Below, one piece after another: positions 59,338-64,000 of a stretch of 64,000 nucleotides of DNA. The notes beneath the pieces were generated by a model. It ran no database searches, was not told the origin of the DNA, and saw only the letters and a program-made list of their open reading frames with translations. Each line of letters starts with the position of its first letter. Positions within the stretch are counted from its first letter, which is position 1. This DNA comes from an uncultured Chitinophagaceae bacterium. GTDB lineage: Bacteria; Bacteroidota; Ignavibacteria; UBA10030; UBA8401. The stretch is from the NCBI GenBank assembly GCA_964367235.1, contig CAYIXI010000001.1:14878-78877 (forward strand). Direction: 5' to 3'. A program made the translations under genes and the position numbers.

Positions 59338-60036
59338 TTGAGATTTCAACTCTTCGATTTCAGTTAACCGCTTTAAAAATTTATCCTTTTCGGTTGGCAA
59401 GATTTCGCTTAACTTTTGGTAAAGTGAGATAGCTTCGTCAAATTGATTTTGTTCTACAAATATTTCTGCTAAAGTTGGAGTTAAAAATAATTCCTCGTTG
59501 TTTTCGGGTTCGTAAATATTCTGCTCGGTTTGATTTTCATCTACAACAATTCTTTGAGCTCGTGAGAGTTCAGTTACAAATTTATCTAACTCAAAAGTAC
59601 TCTCTTTTAATTTTAAATATTGCTCGAAAGTTAAAATATCACTTTTTTTGTAATTGGTAATATTTTTTTGGGCGTATTGCTCAAAAGTAAGAAATGAGTT
59701 TTCATTTTCTAATATTTCAATAACTTCATTTAATGCAGTCCGAAATTTTTGATTGAAAGGAGATAAATCGCATGCGCTTTGAAAAGCAGATTTAGATTTC
59801 TGGATTTCATTTATATTTTTAAAACACTCGCCAAGAATAAAAAATGAAATTGCATAATTAGGAAATAATTTTGTTCCGCCCTCAAGTAGCGAAATTGCTT
59901 TTGCGTTTTCACCGCGAGAAATAAGCTCTTTTGCATAAATTGCAAATAAACTCGAACGAGGATTATTTTTTAACGCCTCAGATAAAAAAGAAAAATTAAG
60001 TGTGTTATCCATAAAAAAAGCCGACGAAATATTCAT
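59320..60036 (-). CDS. TPR-repeat protein
   Basis: TPR-like helical repeats. The first ATG lies inside the upstream terminator hairpin, so the true start may be the in-frame ATG at 60012 (MDNTLNF...). Confidence 0.45.
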   Translation of the reverse strand: MNISSAFFMDNTLNFSFLSEALKNNPRSSLFAIYAKELISRGENAKAISLLEGGTKLFPNYAISFFILGECFKNINEIQKSKSAFQSACDLSPFNQKFRTALNEVIEILENENSFLTFEQYAQKNITNYKKSDILTFEQYLKLKESTFELDKFVTELSRAQRIVVDENQTEQNIYEPENNEELFLTPTLAEIFVEQNQFDEAISLYQKLSEILPTEKDKFLKRLTEIEELKSQIKKST

Positions 60037-60040
60037 CGGC
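60013..60040 (-). terminator. Rho-independent terminator of the GT2 gene (minus strand)
   Basis: On the minus strand GCCGAUGAA-loop-UUCGUCGGC (one G-U pair) followed by UUUUUUU. Coordinates were adjusted +1 to agree with the ORF track. Confidence 0.6.
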
Positions 60041-60073
60041 TTAATTGTAAAATAAAGTTAAATTAAAAACAAG

Positions 60074-61567
60074 TTAAGTTGTTGCAAATTCAGCTTCAAC
60101 ATTATTTAATTTTACTCTTCTGGCTTCAAAAGTTTGTTGCAACGATAGATAGGCAACAGATGCGTAACCAAAAAAATAAAGCAACTGAAATGGAATCGCA
60201 GCAATTTCTAAAAATACTATTGAGGCAATTAGTCCGACTAAACAATACAACGCCAAAACTACTTCGACAACTACAACCCAACTTAATTTAATCGGGACAT
60301 ATTGTTTATTTTTCCAAGAATCATTTTTCTCGCGAATAGAATATTTTGGAGTTCGGACAAATTCACTTTTCTTTTTAAATAATCCTTCAATAACTGCTTT
60401 CGAGTTGTTGATAGAAAAGCCCATGCTACCAGCCATAAAAATCGGAAAGAGAAACATTCTTCTTTGCCAATCTTCATAAATATCTTTTTGCGAATACATG
60501 TAAAAAAGAAATGAACCAATAAATGCAAAAATAAAAATTGACATCAAATCAAAATATTGTTCGTAACCACCAGCATGTTTTATAAAAACAAGCGGGACAT
60601 TAAAAATTCCGGCTAAAATAATAAATGGGAAAACATAATTATTTGTTAAATGAAAAGTAGAATGAATTTTCATTTTTAGAGGAAGTTTTGATTTCCAAAC
60701 TTTTGGTAAAAGTTTTCGCGAAGTTTCAATTGCACCTTTTGTCCAACGAAATTGTTGCGACTTCAAAGCATTTATTTCTGCTGGCAATTCTGCTGGAGAA
60801 GTTATGTCGCGTAAAAATTTAAATTTCCATCCACGCAATTGTGCGCGATAACTCAAATCCAAATCTTCCGTCAAAGTATCCGATTGCCAATTTCCTGCAT
60901 CAATTATGCAAGATTTTCTCCACACGCCACCAGTCCCATTAAAATTAATAAAGTAGTTGACTTTATTTCTAATCGCTTGTTCGATTACAAAATGCCCATC
61001 CAAAGCGAACGCTTGAATTCGTGTTAAAAGCGAATACTCAGCGTTTATATGTTCCCAACGAGATTGCACCATTCCGATTTTTTCATTTAAAAAATAGGGA
61101 AGTGTTTTTTTCAAAAACTCTTTTTTCGGAACAAAATCAGCATCAAAAATAGCAACAAATTCGCCAGTGGCTTTTGCAAGTCCCTCTTTAAGTGCGCCAG
61201 CTTTGAAACCTTTTCTATTTGTGCGACGAACATGATGAATGATGTGCCCTCTATCTTTCATCTGCGCGACGATTGTTGCGACAAGTGCGACGGTTTCGTC
61301 GGTTGAATCATCTAAGATTTGAATTTCCAATTTATCTTTTGGATAATCAATCTCACAAGATGATTCGATAAGTCGTTGCACAACATATTTTTCGTTGTAC
61401 AGCGGAAGTTGAATTGTTACCATCGGATAATTTTTCATTTCATCCGGCTCGATTTCTTTTACATTTTTTAATTTTAAATAATGATACACCATCACAAATC
61501 CGTGCGAGCTGAAAACAAAAAGTACGGAGAGTGATAAAATATACATCGTGATTACAAACATTTCCAT
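60074..61567 (-). CDS. Processive family-2 glycosyltransferase (cellulose-synthase-like membrane GT2)
   Basis: N-terminal TM, D ... DxD catalytic region (ILDDSTDET, IFDADF), QQFRWTKG (QxxRW) motif, C-terminal TM bundle. Confidence 0.7.
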   Translation of the reverse strand: MEMFVITMYILSLSVLFVFSSHGFVMVYHYLKLKNVKEIEPDEMKNYPMVTIQLPLYNEKYVVQRLIESSCEIDYPKDKLEIQILDDSTDETVALVATIVAQMKDRGHIIHHVRRTNRKGFKAGALKEGLAKATGEFVAIFDADFVPKKEFLKKTLPYFLNEKIGMVQSRWEHINAEYSLLTRIQAFALDGHFVIEQAIRNKVNYFINFNGTGGVWRKSCIIDAGNWQSDTLTEDLDLSYRAQLRGWKFKFLRDITSPAELPAEINALKSQQFRWTKGAIETSRKLLPKVWKSKLPLKMKIHSTFHLTNNYVFPFIILAGIFNVPLVFIKHAGGYEQYFDLMSIFIFAFIGSFLFYMYSQKDIYEDWQRRMFLFPIFMAGSMGFSINNSKAVIEGLFKKKSEFVRTPKYSIREKNDSWKNKQYVPIKLSWVVVVEVVLALYCLVGLIASIVFLEIAAIPFQLLYFFGYASVAYLSLQQTFEARRVKLNNVEAEFATT

Positions 61568-61596
61568 TTTACATTAATCCTTTCATTAAAATTATA

Positions 61597-62082
61597 TTAC
61601 CATCCTGAAACTGTTTGGAGAAGAATATCCTCCGAAATTTTTTTTATTGCTTCATCAATTGCGATTGTTCTATTTTGTCCGCTTGTTTCGTAATCGCCAT
61701 ATTGAGAAAAATCTTTTTCCCAAATTTTCTTGCGAAGTTGTAAATCGTTAAACACGATATGGACAATAATTGTTAATCTTCGTGTCCCGATTCTTTCACC
61801 CTTTTCAATTATAGCTGGCGCATCGTTAATTGAAATTACTGCGCCTTCCAAAACTGCATCGGCACTCATTCGGTCGGAAATTGAAAGTGTATTATCTCTT
61901 ATAAATAAATCTAAAACTCCGCTGGTTAATTTTTCTTTTACATTTGGCTCGCCAAATCCACTTCTATCATCAAAAAGAGGAATTGCGATAGTTTTCAAAT
62001 GAGGTTGAATAGATGCACCTGTGAAAGTGTAAACACATCCACAAAATAAAATTGAAATAAAAATTGCGCTAAATATTTTCAT
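61597..62082 (-). CDS. Small lipoprotein, LptE-like
   Basis: Lipobox ILFCGCVY; about 160 aa; the position downstream of a sigma-54-interaction-domain gene matches the Bacteroidota lptE neighbourhood as I recall it. Confidence 0.4.
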   Translation of the reverse strand: MKIFSAIFISILFCGCVYTFTGASIQPHLKTIAIPLFDDRSGFGEPNVKEKLTSGVLDLFIRDNTLSISDRMSADAVLEGAVISINDAPAIIEKGERIGTRRLTIIVHIVFNDLQLRKKIWEKDFSQYGDYETSGQNRTIAIDEAIKKISEDILLQTVSGW

Positions 62083-63212
62083 TGCAAACCAAACTCTTTA
62101 ATTTTTCTGTACAAAGTTCTTTCACTAATTTTTAATGCTCGTGCGGCATTTCGGCGACTTCCATGAAATTTTTCAAGCGAGTGTGTTATTAATTTTCTCT
62201 CCATATCTTCAATTGAAAGATTTTCAATTTCGCCGATTAAATTTTTATCGACGACAGAGGAAATCGCTCCATCATTTTTTATCATCTGCGAAGCAACTAA
62301 TTTTTTCAAATCAATCATATCAGATTTCAAATCAACAAGCGCACGGTAAATTAAACCGCGTTCGTCAAAATCCCCTTGTTTGACGAAAACCGGAAGATTA
62401 TTATCTTCACTTGAAAAATGCGCTTGATTTAAATGCTTATTTACAGCTTCGGCAGTAATTGATTTTCCTCGCTCGAGCACTAAAAGACTTTCAATTAAAT
62501 TTTTTAGTTCGCGAATATTTCCGGGCCAATAATAATTTTTAAGTAAAACAATTGCATCGAATTCAATTTTAGGAAGAGGAATATGATTTTTTTCTGCAAA
62601 CTCTTGCGCAAACTTTTTTGCCAAAAGCGAAATGTCTTCACTTCTTTCACGAAGAGGAAGGACATGAATATTTATTGAACGCAATCTAAAATATAAATCA
62701 GTTCGGAAGCGATTTGCTTTAACTTCGTTCGCCAAATTTTTATTTGTTGCGGCGATTACTCGAACATTTACTTTTTTTGAAGTTGAAGATCCAACTCTTA
62801 AAAATTCGCCATTCTCTAAAACTCGTAAAAATTTAACTTGAGTTGCTAAAGGCAATTCTCCAATTTCATCAAGAAAAATTGTTCCACCATCGGCAAGTTC
62901 AAAATATCCTTTTCGTTCTTGGTTTGCACCGGTGAAAGAACCTTTTTCATGTCCAAATAATTCGCTCTCGATAATTCCTTCCGGTATCGCGCCACAATTT
63001 ACAGTCAACATTGGTTTTGATGCGCGCGAACTTAAAGAGTGAATTGCTCGAGCAACAACTTCTTTTCCAACTCCGCTTTCTCCAGTTACTAAAACAGTAA
63101 TATCAGTTGGCGCAACTTGTTGAATGACATTAATTATTTCTTTCATCTCAACCGAATTGCCGATGAGATCAACTAAATTTTTATTTGGAATATGTATTAA
63201 TGCTTTTGTCAT
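62079..63212 (-). CDS. Sigma-54-dependent Fis-family transcriptional activator lacking an N-terminal regulatory domain
   Basis: Begins directly with the AAA+ sigma-54 interaction domain (VLVTGESGVGKEVVARAIH, GAFTGA-like ESELFGHEKGSFTGA, arginine finger) and ends with the Fis HTH ARALKISERTLYRKIKE. Confidence 0.8.
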   Translation of the reverse strand: MTKALIHIPNKNLVDLIGNSVEMKEIINVIQQVAPTDITVLVTGESGVGKEVVARAIHSLSSRASKPMLTVNCGAIPEGIIESELFGHEKGSFTGANQERKGYFELADGGTIFLDEIGELPLATQVKFLRVLENGEFLRVGSSTSKKVNVRVIAATNKNLANEVKANRFRTDLYFRLRSINIHVLPLRERSEDISLLAKKFAQEFAEKNHIPLPKIEFDAIVLLKNYYWPGNIRELKNLIESLLVLERGKSITAEAVNKHLNQAHFSSEDNNLPVFVKQGDFDERGLIYRALVDLKSDMIDLKKLVASQMIKNDGAISSVVDKNLIGEIENLSIEDMERKLITHSLEKFHGSRRNAARALKISERTLYRKIKEFGLQ

Positions 63213-63859
63213 TCAGCGTTTTTAAAAATAATTGATGAAATACCATAATCTTGTTTTAATTTTGAAATAAAATTTTGCGCTTCTTCAATTGATTTAAATC
63301 CATCAACCACAACAAAAAAAAGTTGTCGAGCAGATTCTTTTGTTCGAACCTCAGAAATTATTTTGTACGAACTTAATTGCTGAATTAATTTTTCTGCGTT
63401 TAATTTTTCTGAAAATGCGCCAACTTGAACCGCAATCGAATTATTTTTTTTATTGATTGATTGTCGCGATTCTAAATTTTCAATTTTTCTATAATCAGAA
63501 TTTGGATAATCATTTTGTAATCGAGCAAAAATTTGATCCGCATTAATATATTCTCCTCGCGTATAGTGATATTGATAAACACGATACAATGCATCGTCGC
63601 TGTAATCGAATAATGGATTTTTATTTGCAATTGTTAAAAATTTTTTTGAGGCAATTTCTCCATCCTTCGTTAAAAGCGCATCGAGATATTCAACTTGTAT
63701 ATCGTATGGAAAAGTTTTTTTCAATTCGGGAAGCTCTTTTAAAACTAAATCAATTTTGCCTGTATAAATTCTATCTATTTGCTTTTCAAAATCAACTGAA
63801 GATAACTGCGAAAAAACGATTTCAGTAAAAATTAAAATTGAAAAAATAAGTTTAATCAT
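63209..63859 (-). CDS. SPOR-domain protein with TPR-like N-terminal half
   Basis: C-terminal SIAVQVGAFSEKLNAEKLIQQL ... FFVVVDGFKSIEEAQ is a SPOR fold signature. ATGA overlap with the upstream gene. Confidence 0.6.
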   Translation of the reverse strand: MIKLIFSILIFTEIVFSQLSSVDFEKQIDRIYTGKIDLVLKELPELKKTFPYDIQVEYLDALLTKDGEIASKKFLTIANKNPLFDYSDDALYRVYQYHYTRGEYINADQIFARLQNDYPNSDYRKIENLESRQSINKKNNSIAVQVGAFSEKLNAEKLIQQLSSYKIISEVRTKESARQLFFVVVDGFKSIEEAQNFISKLKQDYGISSIIFKNAE

Positions 63860-64000
63860 GCGAGCACCTCTTCGTTTTTTACTACTTCGCCAAAAAGTGT
63901 AGCGGAATTGGTTCGTGTTATTTTTACTTTTACGAAATCGCCAATTTTAAAATCATCTTTTGGTATAATTGTTGATTTGTTTCCGTCAGTTTTTCCCATC
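63856..64000 (-). CDS. MiaB/RimO-family methylthiotransferase, C-terminal TRAM-domain fragment (5' end outside window)
   Basis: ...GKTDGNKSTIIPKDDFKIGDFVKVKITRTNSATLFGEVV resembles a TRAM domain. Confidence 0.5.
   Translation of the reverse strand, partial: MGKTDGNKSTIIPKDDFKIGDFVKVKITRTNSATLFGEVVKNEEVLA

Noticed and set aside
1-64000. CRISPR arrays, integrase/transposase genes, rRNA
   Set aside because: I found no regularly spaced direct repeats, no DDE or tyrosine-recombinase-like ORFs and no rRNA-like conserved stretches on either strand.

Overview
AT-rich chromosomal segment, roughly one-third G+C by eye. Several hallmarks point to the FCB group (Bacteroidota/Ignavibacteriota-like): a T9SS C-terminal sorting domain, RpoN plus a receiver-less sigma-54 activator, lipid-A genes, FadL/PorV-like outer-membrane barrels and PafA-type alkaline phosphatase. 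The window holds about 62 protein genes and one tRNA (CAU). I found no rRNA, no CRISPR array and no recognisable transposase or integrase.

Most genes are housekeeping and tightly packed, often with ATGA/TTGA start-stop overlaps. A 12-gene co-directional array runs SMC-HAD-ICMT-lpxB-DUF374-lpxK-GATase-queA-permease-ispD-plsY-gpsA. It is followed by recG, dnaG, icd, rpoN, dprA, glmM, copA, sppA, HU, an EF-G paralog, aroQ, acpS, adk, rlmN, uvrA and rpsT.

Loci worth a second look:
1. A self-contained four-gene cassette at 14.66-18.44 kb: two tandem Ddl-family ATP-grasp ligases, a small GNAT and a KamA-type radical-SAM lysine 2,3-aminomutase. It has its own promoter with an operator-like dyad and its own terminator. 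This is the best candidate for an undescribed small-molecule or modification system.
2. A secreted protein with CXXCH right after the signal peptide followed by a beta-barrel body (41417-42538), resembling Cyc2-type fused cytochrome-porins.
3. An EF-G paralog whose catalytic DTPGH and NKxD motifs are degenerate (DTPGY, SKID).
4. A rearrangement scar at 46.5-49.1 kb: duplicated 3' ends of acpS and of the glycerophosphodiesterase gene, plus a T9SS cargo gene interrupted by a single in-frame TAG.
5. A DUF3467 protein, a roughly 730-aa lipoprotein and a FadL-like OMP forming a trio.
6. YtxH and DUF948 proteins followed by a PD-(D/E)xK nuclease-like protein.
7. A 29-aa, bS22-like basic peptide gene with a perfect Shine-Dalgarno sequence that the ORF track missed.

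Coordinates for features not in the ORF track were counted by hand. I detected a +1 discrepancy between my count and the ORF track near 60 kb, so treat hand-derived positions as accurate to about 2 nt.
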